From Candidatus Latescibacterota bacterium (GTDB lineage: Bacteria; Latescibacterota; UBA2968; GCA-2709665), in NCBI GenBank assembly GCA_963667175.2, contig CAXXXF010000018.1:64001-128000 (forward strand): 64,000 bases of DNA. The letters are read 5' to 3'. Shown one piece after another: positions 28,347 through 37,961 of this stretch. The notes beneath the pieces are model-generated. The model saw only the letters and a list, made by a program, of their open reading frames with translations, was not told where the DNA came from and did not search any database. The translations under genes were made by a program, and so were the position numbers. Position 1 is the stretch's first letter. Every line of letters starts with the position of its first letter.

Positions 28347-30455
28347 ATGAATCTGGACGATCCAAAACTGTATACCAACCGGGAAATCTCCTGGCTTCGC
28401 TTCAACGAACGCGTCCTCGAGGAAGCCCGCGACCCCGGGAACCCCTTGTTGGAGCGGGTGAAGTTTCTCGCCATCGTGGCCAACAATCTGGACGAGTTTT
28501 TCGAAATCCGGGTTGCGGGGCTGCTGCAGCAGATGGAAGCCAGGGTTCCCGATGCCGGCCCCGACGGGCTGTTGCCCGACGAACTGTTCGAACTGGTTTC
28601 GCGGGAAGCCCACCGGATGGTCGACGAGCAATACGCCTGCTGGAACGACGAACTCCTGCCCGCGCTGAAGGACGCCGACGTACACGTCCGTTCGTTGTCC
28701 GACCTCGACGCCGCCGACAAGGCGTTTGTCAGGCATTACTGCCAGCGGGAACTGCATCCGGTATTGACGCCTCTCACCGTCAATCCCGCCCATCCCTTTC
28801 CGCGGGTGGTGAACAAGTCGCTCTGCATCGCCGTGTTGCTCAAGGACAGTGAAGGCGATACGTTGTTCGGCGTGGTTACCGTTCCGCGCCTATTGCCCCG
28901 TTTCATCCGGCTGCCCAGAGAAGACGAAGGCCGCCGCGTGGACTACGTCTCTCTTGCCGAACTCGTGAGAGCCCATATTCCGGAGTTGTACCGGGGGTAC
29001 AGGATCCTTGGCACGGCCGCCTTTCGAATCACGCGCAACAGCGACCTCTACCTCGATGAGGAAGAAGCCGACGACCTCCTGCTGGCCATCGAAGACGAAC
29101 TCAAACGCCGGCGCAAGGGCGATACCGTCCGATTGGAAATCGACGCGGCCGTGCCGGAACAGATCGAACGCCGTCTGCGGGCCATCTACGACCTGACCGA
29201 GAAACAGGTGTACCGCGTGAACGGCCCGGTCAATCTGAATCGATTGATGATGCTCTATGGCGCAACGCTGCGACCCGATCTGAAAGATGCCCCGTACCAG
29301 CCGACGGAATACGCCTACGCGGAAGAATTCGACCAGCTCTTCGCCGAAATCCGCCGCCGGGACATCCTGCTGCATCATCCCTACGACTCGTTCCAGCCGG
29401 TCATCCGGTTCGTGCAGGCCGCGGCGCGGGACCCGGACGTACTGGCCATCAAGCAGACCCTGTATCGGACGACCGAGGACTCGCCGATCATGGATGCCTT
29501 GCTCAAGGCGGCCGAGGCGGGCAAAGAGGTCACCGTCATCGTGGAACTCAAGGCCCGCTTCGATGAAGCATCCAACATCCGGTGGGCGCGGCAGCTCCAG
29601 GACGCCGGGGTGTACGTCGCCTACGGCGTGGTGGGCCTGAAGACCCACTGCAAACTGTCCATGCTGGTCCGGCGCGAAGCCGGCGGCCTCCGCCGCTACG
29701 CCCACGTCGGCACCGGAAACTACAACGCGTCGACGGCGCGCGTCTACACGGACCTGGGTCTGATGACGACCAGGGAGGACATCACCAGCGACGTCGCCGA
29801 AGTCTTCAATCTCCTTACGACGCAGTCCGACCGTCCGGAAGTCGAGAAACTGCTGGTTGCGCCCTTCAATATGATGGACTGTCTCCTCGGCAAAATCGAT
29901 CGTGAGATCGAGCACGCCCGAGGCGGCCGGCCGGCCCGCATCGTCTGCAAGATGAACTCGCTCCAGGACGAACGGGTGGCCAAAGCGCTCTATAAGGCTT
30001 CTCAGAACGGCGTGGACGTGGACCTGATCGTCCGCGGGATCTGCTGTGTCCGCCCGGGGATTCCCGGCGTCAGCGACCGCATTCGGGTCAGGAGCATTGT
30101 CGGGCGGTACCTCGAGCACAGCCGCATCTATATGTTCCACAACGGGGGCAATCCCGAAATCTACACGGGCAGCGCGGACTGGATGCCCCGCAATCTGCGC
30201 CGCCGCGTGGAGATTCTCTGCCCCATCGAAGACCCGGCGCTCGTCCGCCGAATTCAATCCGGGATTCTGTCTCCCTGCCTGGCGGACAACGTCAAGGCCC
30301 GCGAACTCCTTCCGGACGGCGACCATCGCCGCGTCGGGCCGTCAAACGGCAGACCGGCCCTTTCATCGCAGGACGTGATGATGGGTCTCGCCCGCGGAGA
30401 ATCTATCGACGTTCCGGATTTCTTTGCCGGCAACGGTCGGCAGCCGGATTCCTGA
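28347..30455 (+). CDS. ppk1: Polyphosphate kinase 1
   Basis: NREISWLRFNERVL, HPFP, LHHPYDSF, ELKARFDE, KTHCK, GTGNYN, RYLEHSR, GSADWMPRN. Confidence 0.97.
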   Translation: MNLDDPKLYTNREISWLRFNERVLEEARDPGNPLLERVKFLAIVANNLDEFFEIRVAGLLQQMEARVPDAGPDGLLPDELFELVSREAHRMVDEQYACWNDELLPALKDADVHVRSLSDLDAADKAFVRHYCQRELHPVLTPLTVNPAHPFPRVVNKSLCIAVLLKDSEGDTLFGVVTVPRLLPRFIRLPREDEGRRVDYVSLAELVRAHIPELYRGYRILGTAAFRITRNSDLYLDEEEADDLLLAIEDELKRRRKGDTVRLEIDAAVPEQIERRLRAIYDLTEKQVYRVNGPVNLNRLMMLYGATLRPDLKDAPYQPTEYAYAEEFDQLFAEIRRRDILLHHPYDSFQPVIRFVQAAARDPDVLAIKQTLYRTTEDSPIMDALLKAAEAGKEVTVIVELKARFDEASNIRWARQLQDAGVYVAYGVVGLKTHCKLSMLVRREAGGLRRYAHVGTGNYNASTARVYTDLGLMTTREDITSDVAEVFNLLTTQSDRPEVEKLLVAPFNMMDCLLGKIDREIEHARGGRPARIVCKMNSLQDERVAKALYKASQNGVDVDLIVRGICCVRPGIPGVSDRIRVRSIVGRYLEHSRIYMFHNGGNPEIYTGSADWMPRNLRRRVEILCPIEDPALVRRIQSGILSPCLADNVKARELLPDGDHRRVGPSNGRPALSSQDVMMGLARGESIDVPDFFAGNGRQPDS

Positions 30456-30462
30456 AAACAAG

Positions 30463-30493
30463 AGACGGAGGACGTTCCCGCTGTCCTCCGTCT
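30463..30493. terminator. Hairpin between convergent ppk1 and phoR
   Basis: AGACGGAGGAC-N9-GTCCTCCGTCT. Confidence 0.65.
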
Positions 30494-30526
30494 TCCATCC
30501 TTTCGCGGCGTCAGGGATGTACTGCT

Positions 30527-32023
30527 CTAGACGGTCTGAAGCGTGAAGCCGAAGGTAGACCCCGCGCCCAGTACGCTCGTCGCGTAGACCCGTTCCCCGT
30601 GGGCCTCAACGATATGCCGGACGATCGAGAGCCCCAGACCGGTTCCACCCAGGCTCCGGGAACGCCCCCTGTCGACCCTGTAGAATCGCTCGAACACGCG
30701 CGGCAGCGAATCCGACGGGATCCCGATACCGGTATCCGCGACCTCGAGCGCAAACCGTTCGCCCGAAGCGCCCGGCCCTGAGTGCTCATCCTCGTGGCCG
30801 GGGTGAGCCGCCAGTACAACGTTCGGCGCCGTCGCCGCGTCCGTACCCGCGAAAACTTCCTCCGACCCGAGCCGCCTTCCGGCCACCCGCACATGCCCGC
30901 CCCGGGTCGTGTATTTTACGGCGTTGTCGAGCAGGTTGACCACGGCCTGTTCGATCAGTTTCGGGTCGCCGCGGACCACCGGTTCGTCCTGAATTGCGAT
31001 TTCAACGACGATGTCATTTGCTTCGGCCTGGTTCCGGACGGAATCGAACGCCCGGTCCACCACTCGTCGAATCGCGAAATCCTCGATTTCAATCGCCGGC
31101 GCGTCGGACTGCATCCGCGAGAGATCGAGCAGGTCTTCCAGCAGCGCCTGGAGCCGGTCCGAATGCGTCAGAATGGTCTGCACGAATCGATCGGCGGTGG
31201 CGTGGTCTTCAAGCGCTCCGTCGGCCAGGGTATCCGCGCACCCCTTGATGGCCGTGAGCGGCGTCCGTATTTCATGGGATACGTTGGCCACGAAATCCTT
31301 GCGCGCACGCTCCAGCCGATGCAATTCGGTGGTGTCGTAGAAGACCGCCGCCACACCCATCCCCGCGCCCTCCCCGCGGATGGGACCCACGTGAACGTCG
31401 AAGTGTCTCTCTGGCGGACCGGACGCCGTCATTGCCCGCGTCAGGCCCTCGCCGGTTCTCAGGGTGTGTTCGATGGCCTCCTGCACCTTGACGTCGCGGA
31501 TCATTTCCACCGGCGGGCGGCCTTCCGAGGGGGACGTCACGCCGAAGAGGCGCTCGAAGGCGCGGTTGGTCAGCAGAACGCGGCCGTCGCGCCCCGTGAC
31601 GAGGATGCCGACGGTGATATCCGCGAGAATCGCCTCGAGCCGTGACTTTTCGCCCACGACGTCCGCGATCCGGTCGCCGACGTTCCGCCGGGCGGACGCC
31701 AGAGACGCCGCCAGATCCATGACTTCCGGGGAAGAAGCTATGGAAGGCGCCTCGCCGTCGAGGTCGCCCGCGGCGATGGAACGCGAGAATGCCGTCAATT
31801 CTCGTATTGGCCGGAAGACCGAACGCGAGAAGACGGCGGCCAGCGCCAACGCGGCGATCAACCCCGTCGCGGTGGCCAGCAGGACGGCTATATTGACGCG
31901 TTCCTGCAGGCGGTCCGCCATCAGGGCATCCTCAAGTGTAGCCGTCAGGTAAACATGCACGGTCGCCAGGGTCGTCAGGACGACGGCCGCGCACAGCAAC
32001 GTCAACCGCCAATGCAACTTCAT
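30527..32023 (-). CDS. phoR: PhoR-like sensor histidine kinase (2TM-HAMP-PAS-HisKA-HATPase)
   Basis: DFVANVSHEIRTPLT H-box, NLLDNAVKY, DTGIGI, FERFYRVD, GTGLGL; located in the phosphate island. Confidence 0.88.
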   Translation of the reverse strand: MKLHWRLTLLCAAVVLTTLATVHVYLTATLEDALMADRLQERVNIAVLLATATGLIAALALAAVFSRSVFRPIRELTAFSRSIAAGDLDGEAPSIASSPEVMDLAASLASARRNVGDRIADVVGEKSRLEAILADITVGILVTGRDGRVLLTNRAFERLFGVTSPSEGRPPVEMIRDVKVQEAIEHTLRTGEGLTRAMTASGPPERHFDVHVGPIRGEGAGMGVAAVFYDTTELHRLERARKDFVANVSHEIRTPLTAIKGCADTLADGALEDHATADRFVQTILTHSDRLQALLEDLLDLSRMQSDAPAIEIEDFAIRRVVDRAFDSVRNQAEANDIVVEIAIQDEPVVRGDPKLIEQAVVNLLDNAVKYTTRGGHVRVAGRRLGSEEVFAGTDAATAPNVVLAAHPGHEDEHSGPGASGERFALEVADTGIGIPSDSLPRVFERFYRVDRGRSRSLGGTGLGLSIVRHIVEAHGERVYATSVLGAGSTFGFTLQTV

Positions 32024-32188
32024 CTCACTCGCCTGCCTCGAGCCGCCATGTCCGGAAATTCACAAAAATGACCCGTGCCGCATTGAAAGAGCGGGACACA
32101 GGCCATCTGTGAAGAAAAATCCGGAATCCGGGATTTCAACTTGATCTGATGCACTGTCGCGAGATATCTTCGCCAGTTACAAACCGTT

Positions 32189-32458
32189 TCATGCTATCTG
32201 TAACGGAGCCAACTCTTCAGGATCAAGCAGGGGAACGTCCAGCGCCTTCAACACGTCGTTAATCCGGTCCGACGTCACTTCAGTCGGAGCGGTGATCTCC
32301 AGTCCGATCGGACGTCCTTCCGCCTCGTAATCCAACAGCAGACCTTTCCCGATCGTTTCAGTCCTTACACTCTTGGCCATGGCCTTTCTGGGAAAATACA
32401 GATACGCTGCCAACGGCCGTCCTTTCCGAAACGTAATTTCCAGATATCGATCTCTCAT
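32189..32458 (-). CDS. DUF2283-like small protein (putative antitoxin)
   Basis: AAYLYF...SVRTETIG..LLLDYEAEGRPIGLEI pattern; 14 bp downstream of the DUF4258-like gene. Confidence 0.75.
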   Translation of the reverse strand: MRDRYLEITFRKGRPLAAYLYFPRKAMAKSVRTETIGKGLLLDYEAEGRPIGLEITAPTEVTSDRINDVLKALDVPLLDPEELAPLQIA

Positions 32459-32472
32459 CGCCCCTTGCTTTC

Positions 32473-32730
32473 TCAGGTTGGATAAGCGGTGACAATGACA
32501 AGCATCTGTTCTTCAAAATCCGGCTCGACAATAACCTCCCAGTCATCCTGATGATACCGGCTTTCTACGACAAATCTGCCGTAATATTCGTCTGGTCTAT
32601 AGCCTTCCGCACGGCTCAACATCTCTCTTAGTGCGATTTCCGTAAAATCCCTCTGCTCCATTCGTTTCTCGGCGTGCGGGGTGATTTCGAGTTCCCATAT
32701 CCACCAATCCGGCCAATTCATCCTCGCCAT
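32473..32730 (-). CDS. DUF4258-like small protein (putative RNase toxin)
   Basis: ITPHAEKRMEQRDF...VIVTAYP pattern. Confidence 0.75.
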   Translation of the reverse strand: MARMNWPDWWIWELEITPHAEKRMEQRDFTEIALREMLSRAEGYRPDEYYGRFVVESRYHQDDWEVIVEPDFEEQMLVIVTAYPT

Positions 32731-32865
32731 CCGAACGGAGTCTGGATTGACTCGCTATAAATATAAAGAAAATTGATATTTCAAGACACTATTTTACGGC
32801 CCGGCAGTCATCCGTCGCAAGAATGACGACAAATCACCTGAGCCGCCGGGAACACAGTGAGACCG

Positions 32866-34338
32866 TCAGATGCGCCTGCCACCGGCGAATCCACTGAATT
32901 CGTCCAGGAACCATTCGGCCTGTTTTGTCATGAAGATACCGATCTCATCGCCCTTGAAGGCGAATGATATCAGGAGCCGTCCCAGGTAGACGTCCGTGAC
33001 GCAGACTTCCATGTTGAGCGTCTGCCCGTCGATCCACGCGGCGGAGGACAGGCAATCGTACTCGATACCGGGGACCTGGCCGATCCGTTCGCCGAAGTAG
33101 TTGCGTTGCGGGAACTTGCCGGGCAGCACGCGCCCGATGCCGAAACGCAGCACATTGTCGCCCTGACCGTTGGTGTACTCCCATGCGCCCTCATCATCAC
33201 CGAAGGACAGGCGCATGCGCGTGATCCCCATCGGGTTGTCTTCGAGGGCATACCATGCACCGTTGACATCCGAGGCCGGGGGAGCATCGGGATCCCCTGG
33301 AATCGGCAGGACTTCCAGGCGTTCGATTCTGCCGGCAAGTGCCGCACCGGCGTCGCGGTCTTCGGGAAGCGGCGCGTCTGAAAGGTGGCCGTAGAGTTCC
33401 TCGCGCATCACGGCGGGAATGGCGCTGCCCGCCGCCGCACCCTGCGTGTCGGCGATGCAAGTGAACAGGAAATCTTTTTCGGGAAAACAGATGGCATACT
33501 GACTGCCCATCCCGCGGAAGGAGAATCCGTTCTCTTCCTCGCGCCAGATCTGATATCCGTACCCGCTGTTTCCCCGGATCGTGTTGTCGATCTGACAGGC
33601 GGTCGCGGCGCGCACGTACGCATCCGGCAGCACCCTCTCGTCTCCCCATGCGCCGCCGTTCATGCAGGCGAGCGCCACTCTGGCAAGATCGCGGAGCGTA
33701 CAGACGACCCCCGATCCGCCCCACGACACCCCTTCGGGCGTTCGAATACACCATGCGTCGGCCGAGAATCCGATCCGGTCAAGAAACCGCGGCCGCATAT
33801 AGTCCAGAAAGGGCATCCCGGAAAGCCGTTCCACCGTGGCCGTAAGCACGACGGTCGCGGCGGTGTCGTACGCGAAAATCGTCCCGGGAGGATGCGAAGG
33901 GGCCCGGTTGAAGAAGGTCCACACCCAGTCCGGATCGTTGCGCGTATAGGAGTTTCTCGAATGAGGGGTCGCCATCATCAGGAGGTCCCTGACAGTGGAG
34001 GCGGCAAGCCACGGATGAAGGTCTTCCGGCAGCTTGTCCGGGAAGGTTTCGACGACCCGGCTGTCGAGGGTGAGCCTGCCCTCGTCGATCATCATCCCGA
34101 CTGCCAGTGCGACGAAGCTCTTGCTGACCGAATACATCCGGTGCTTGCGCCGGGCCGACCATGGAGCCCAGTATCCCTCCGCCGCGATCCTGTTGTGGCG
34201 CGCCAGCAGAAAACCGTGCATGCAGATGCGCTCGGAGTCGATCCGCTGCAGGAAATTCAGGATTGCCCGCGAGGGGATGCCCTGTCTCTCAGGTGACGCC
34301 GCTACTGTAAAAAAATCTTCAGATACCGATCGCGTCAT
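32866..34338 (-). CDS. Serine hydrolase, beta-lactamase/esterase class C-like family
   Basis: YSVSKS (SxxK), LLMMAT, PGTIFAYD, GYGYQIW, RGMGSQ. No signal peptide. Confidence 0.88.
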   Translation of the reverse strand: MTRSVSEDFFTVAASPERQGIPSRAILNFLQRIDSERICMHGFLLARHNRIAAEGYWAPWSARRKHRMYSVSKSFVALAVGMMIDEGRLTLDSRVVETFPDKLPEDLHPWLAASTVRDLLMMATPHSRNSYTRNDPDWVWTFFNRAPSHPPGTIFAYDTAATVVLTATVERLSGMPFLDYMRPRFLDRIGFSADAWCIRTPEGVSWGGSGVVCTLRDLARVALACMNGGAWGDERVLPDAYVRAATACQIDNTIRGNSGYGYQIWREEENGFSFRGMGSQYAICFPEKDFLFTCIADTQGAAAGSAIPAVMREELYGHLSDAPLPEDRDAGAALAGRIERLEVLPIPGDPDAPPASDVNGAWYALEDNPMGITRMRLSFGDDEGAWEYTNGQGDNVLRFGIGRVLPGKFPQRNYFGERIGQVPGIEYDCLSSAAWIDGQTLNMEVCVTDVYLGRLLISFAFKGDEIGIFMTKQAEWFLDEFSGFAGGRRI

Positions 34339-35047
34339 CTCGCACGCGCCCTCCGTTAAAGCGGTAGCCGACGCCCCGGACGGTCTCGACCATTTCGCTC
34401 ACGCCGCCCAGTTTCTCTCTCAACCGTCGGACGTGGGTATCCACGGTCCGGCCGTAGCCGGCATAATCGTAACCCCACACCGTGTTCAACAGTTCCTCCC
34501 TGGACTGCACGCGCCCCCGTCGTTCCGCCAGCGTAACCAGCAGACTGAATTCGGTGGACGTCAATGCCAGTGCATCGCCGCCCACGGTTACCCGGTGGGC
34601 CGCCTGATCGATGGTGAGCGGCCCGAATCGCATCGTTTCCGGACCGGACGTTTGCGATGCCGGGTCCCGCGGTTCCGCCAGCCGCCTCAGGATGGCCTGG
34701 ACCCGAAGTGCGAGCTCGCGGGGCGAAAACGGTTTCACAACGTAGTCGTCCGCTCCCAGTTCCAGGCCGACGACGCGGTCCACCTCTTCGGCGCGCGCCG
34801 TCAGCATCAGAATCGGCAGTTTGCGGGTGGCCGCGTCCTGCTTCAGCAGCCTGCACACTTCCAGCCCGTCTATTCCGGGCAGCATCAGGTCCAGGACCAC
34901 CAGATCGGGAATCTCATTCCGAATGAGTTCGACGGCCGCTTCGCCGGTCTCGACGGCGACCACCGTAAAGCCCGCCTTCTCAAGGTTGTACGAGACGATC
35001 TCCCGAATATCAACTTCGTCTTCAACCAACAGAATTCTGCCTGCCAT
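34319..35047 (-). CDS. phoB: PhoB/OmpR family response regulator
   Basis: LVEDE, LDLMLP, LTAR, GADDYVVKPF, RTVDTHVRRLREKL, ETVRGVGY. Confidence 0.88.
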   Translation of the reverse strand: MAGRILLVEDEVDIREIVSYNLEKAGFTVVAVETGEAAVELIRNEIPDLVVLDLMLPGIDGLEVCRLLKQDAATRKLPILMLTARAEEVDRVVGLELGADDYVVKPFSPRELALRVQAILRRLAEPRDPASQTSGPETMRFGPLTIDQAAHRVTVGGDALALTSTEFSLLVTLAERRGRVQSREELLNTVWGYDYAGYGRTVDTHVRRLREKLGGVSEMVETVRGVGYRFNGGRVRDDAIGI

Positions 35048-35333
35048 GGATGTCCTCGCATCAACAACAGACCCGTCGCGCTGTCAGGGTTCGAGACGTC
35101 ATCTCCTCTCCGAAACGTAATATACAAAAAGGAACGAAATGGGCAATGCCCCTGGCCCGGTATTGGACGTCCGAACAAAAAGAACCAGATTGTCCATCAC
35201 CCGGGAGATCGACGAGACCGGAGGACAATCCGAATCATCCGGAGAACGCACGAAGTCTTGGGTTCCGTCCCGGAAATCAGTTGCCTGACGGCGAGGTGTT
35301 TTCAGGACGGAACGACGTTCCGCGCAAAGTACA

Positions 35334-37298
35334 CTATGCGGGAGAAAAGGAGATATCGCCCAGCCAGGGGTCGCAGCGGCCCAGCCTCACGGCCAGGGTG
35401 TCTCCGGGCGCCGCCTTCGGGGGCGGCCTGATATCCGTCTGGAACGCGAAGTCCAGTATCTCGACGTTCATCGTCCGATCGCGCGTTTCCAGCGCAACCG
35501 CCTCGAAGACGTCGCCGATACGACCCTGAAGGTACCGAAACAGCCAGTAACGCTCCCGCCGCCGCTCGATGCGGATCAGGGCGCGCATCCGTTCCTCGGC
35601 TTCGAAGACCACGCGCTGGATGTGCACCTCGTCGTACGGCAACGGCCGATCCATCAGAAGAGCCGCCACCTGCCTTTGAACCGCCAGGTCCGTATACCGC
35701 CTCAACGGCGATGAGGCCTGGCAGTACGGCTCCACGCCCAGGCCGCCGTGCAACGCCGGTGTCACGCTCATCGACGCGCGCCGCATTCGGCGCAACACCC
35801 GGTACCGGCGCAACACTTCATTCTCCACGTCGCTGAATTCCGCGAGATCCGGCGCGGTCTGGATCCGGTACACCACCGGTATGCCCCGGTCCCGGCAGAA
35901 CCGCGCCATCGCAACGTTTGACATCACCATCATCTCGCTCACGAGGAGGTTCGCCGGAGACCTGCCGTCCTGCATCGACACCTCGATCTTCCCCCCCGCC
36001 GTTATCCCGATGCGCCGGTTCGGATGTTCCACGTCGATCGCGCCGTTCTGCAGCCTTTCGATGCAGTGCCACTCCGCTACGGTGTGCAATGCCGAAAACT
36101 CGCTGTGCAGGGAATGGGAGGGATCCTCCAGAATCCGGTCCACGGCTTCATAGGTGAGTTTGTCGCGGCACCGTATCACCGAAGGAACGATATGAACGCT
36201 TTCCACCGTTCCATCCGCCGAAACTTCGAACAACTGACTCAGCGCCAGCCGCGGAACACCCGGTCGAAGACTCCCCAGATCGCTGGAGATCCTCTCCGGA
36301 AACATCGGAATCTTCCGGTCAGGAAGGTAAAGGCTGGAAACCCTTGCCGCGGCCTCCCGGTCGGGTTCCGAATCCAGGGGAACCAGACTCGCCACGTCGG
36401 TGATGTGCACGCCAACCTGCAGGGACCCGTCGGCTCGGATCAGGACCGATACGCCGTCGTCCATATCGGTGGTTGCGGCGTCGTCGACAGCGTAGACCGC
36501 CAGTTCCGTCAGGTCCCGTCGACGACCGTCGTCCGGCAACGGAGCTTGTCCCAATGCATCGGCCGCCTGGCTGACAACCGACGGGAACTCGACCGGGACG
36601 TCGGCCCGGATCAGGTCCAGGTGTTCATCCGGAGCCCATACGCCATCTCGCACAAGCCGGTCGAAGACGAGGCGCGCGTCCACCCTGGCGTCCGCCATGC
36701 GTTCCAACCACCCGGCGTGAATACTCCTCTCGCCGCGCAACACGGTATCCTTCAGCCGATCGACCCATCCGCCGACGAGTTCCGGAGGTCCTTCACGACA
36801 CTCGGCGAACCACTGCTGGAATTGCGCCTTCACTTCGGCCCGCTCGGCCTCGCGTCTTGCCGCGGCCCGTCGGGCCTGAACCGCATCCTCGCTCAGCGCG
36901 CGGTACCCGCCGCCGCGCCTTTCCGCTTCGAAATACACGTTCGTTTCCAGATGGACCAGCATCGCGGCGCGTTGTTCCGGCGTCACGTCCCTTCCGAAAT
37001 AGAGATCCGCCAAGCCGTCCACCGTCCAGACGTCCGCGTCTTCGCGCGCCAGTTCCCACGCGTCCCAGAGGTCTATCCCCTCGCTTTCCGCCTGCGCGCG
37101 CGACATCCACGCGGCCGCGCCGGTCCAGTCCGAGGCCGTTTCACCGGTGCAGAGCAACACGTTCCCGGCGGGCGTATTCACCGTTTCCCTGCGGCCCGTC
37201 GCAAAGCGCGCCTTTCCGCCTTGCGAAGTCAGGCACACGCCCGCCATCAACCGGTTGCGGTACCGGAAGAACGCAATCTCGTTTTCCATTATCGCCAT
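35334..37298 (-). CDS. Ribonuclease II/R family (RNB domain) exoribonuclease
   Basis: VDDAATTDMDDG, VHITDV, SLYLPD..IPMFP, SEMMV, HGGLG, SSPLRRYTDL. Exact start uncertain (37304/37298/37289). Confidence 0.9.
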   Translation of the reverse strand: MAIMENEIAFFRYRNRLMAGVCLTSQGGKARFATGRRETVNTPAGNVLLCTGETASDWTGAAAWMSRAQAESEGIDLWDAWELAREDADVWTVDGLADLYFGRDVTPEQRAAMLVHLETNVYFEAERRGGGYRALSEDAVQARRAAARREAERAEVKAQFQQWFAECREGPPELVGGWVDRLKDTVLRGERSIHAGWLERMADARVDARLVFDRLVRDGVWAPDEHLDLIRADVPVEFPSVVSQAADALGQAPLPDDGRRRDLTELAVYAVDDAATTDMDDGVSVLIRADGSLQVGVHITDVASLVPLDSEPDREAAARVSSLYLPDRKIPMFPERISSDLGSLRPGVPRLALSQLFEVSADGTVESVHIVPSVIRCRDKLTYEAVDRILEDPSHSLHSEFSALHTVAEWHCIERLQNGAIDVEHPNRRIGITAGGKIEVSMQDGRSPANLLVSEMMVMSNVAMARFCRDRGIPVVYRIQTAPDLAEFSDVENEVLRRYRVLRRMRRASMSVTPALHGGLGVEPYCQASSPLRRYTDLAVQRQVAALLMDRPLPYDEVHIQRVVFEAEERMRALIRIERRRERYWLFRYLQGRIGDVFEAVALETRDRTMNVEILDFAFQTDIRPPPKAAPGDTLAVRLGRCDPWLGDISFSPA

Positions 37299-37343
37299 AG
37301 CCAATGTAAGCGCCGGGTACGCCCCGTCGATCCGGTTTCCGGT

Positions 37344-37727
37344 TTATTGCCGCGGCTTTCTTGCGACCACGTCGATTTCCACCAGGACGTCCGGCAGCAC
37401 CGACTGCACCGTTGTCCTGGCCGGCCGGACGCCCGTGAAGAACCTCGAGTACACCCGGTTGAATGCCGCGAAATCGCCGATATCCGCAAGATGGCAGGTC
37501 GATTTGACCACGTCGTCCATCGTACAGCCCGCTTCCTGCAAGACCTTGCGGATGTGCTCCAGCGTAACGCGGGTCTGTGTCTCTATATCGTCGCCGATCA
37601 CCTCGCCGGTGGCCATATCCAGCGACGCATGCCCGCTCACGTAAACCCATCCGTCCATTTCGACCGCCGCCGAATACGCCCCCGTATCCACCTGTTTGTC
37701 GGGGTGTTTGATCTCTCGCTTGCCCAT
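37344..37727 (-). CDS. RidA/YjgF family protein
   Basis: AYSAAV, YVSG, DVVK, FNRVY, PARTTV, VEID. GGAGG RBS. Confidence 0.92.
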   Translation of the reverse strand: MGKREIKHPDKQVDTGAYSAAVEMDGWVYVSGHASLDMATGEVIGDDIETQTRVTLEHIRKVLQEAGCTMDDVVKSTCHLADIGDFAAFNRVYSRFFTGVRPARTTVQSVLPDVLVEIDVVARKPRQ

Positions 37728-37961
37728 CGTGTGTCCTCCCATGGATCGAGCCGTCCCGTATCGTTTGTCGCGTCAATATAGCGAATTCCGCGGAACCGAT
37801 CCAGCCGGTTCTGTTCATTGGGCCAATGCCCCGATGCGCCTTGCGTTTCGCCGTCCGGACATTTATCTTTTCCGCAATCTTCCGCCGTCCGGACGCCAGG
37901 AGCGCCGCGTTGTACGACTGGCTCACGGATACCCGAACACGGTAAAGTCACGGACGCCTGA

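Noticed and set aside
34034-37781. Long plus-strand ORFs (465 aa, 585 aa) and similar antisense ORFs across the window
   Set aside because: They are antisense shadows of well-supported genes in GC-rich DNA, with no motifs.
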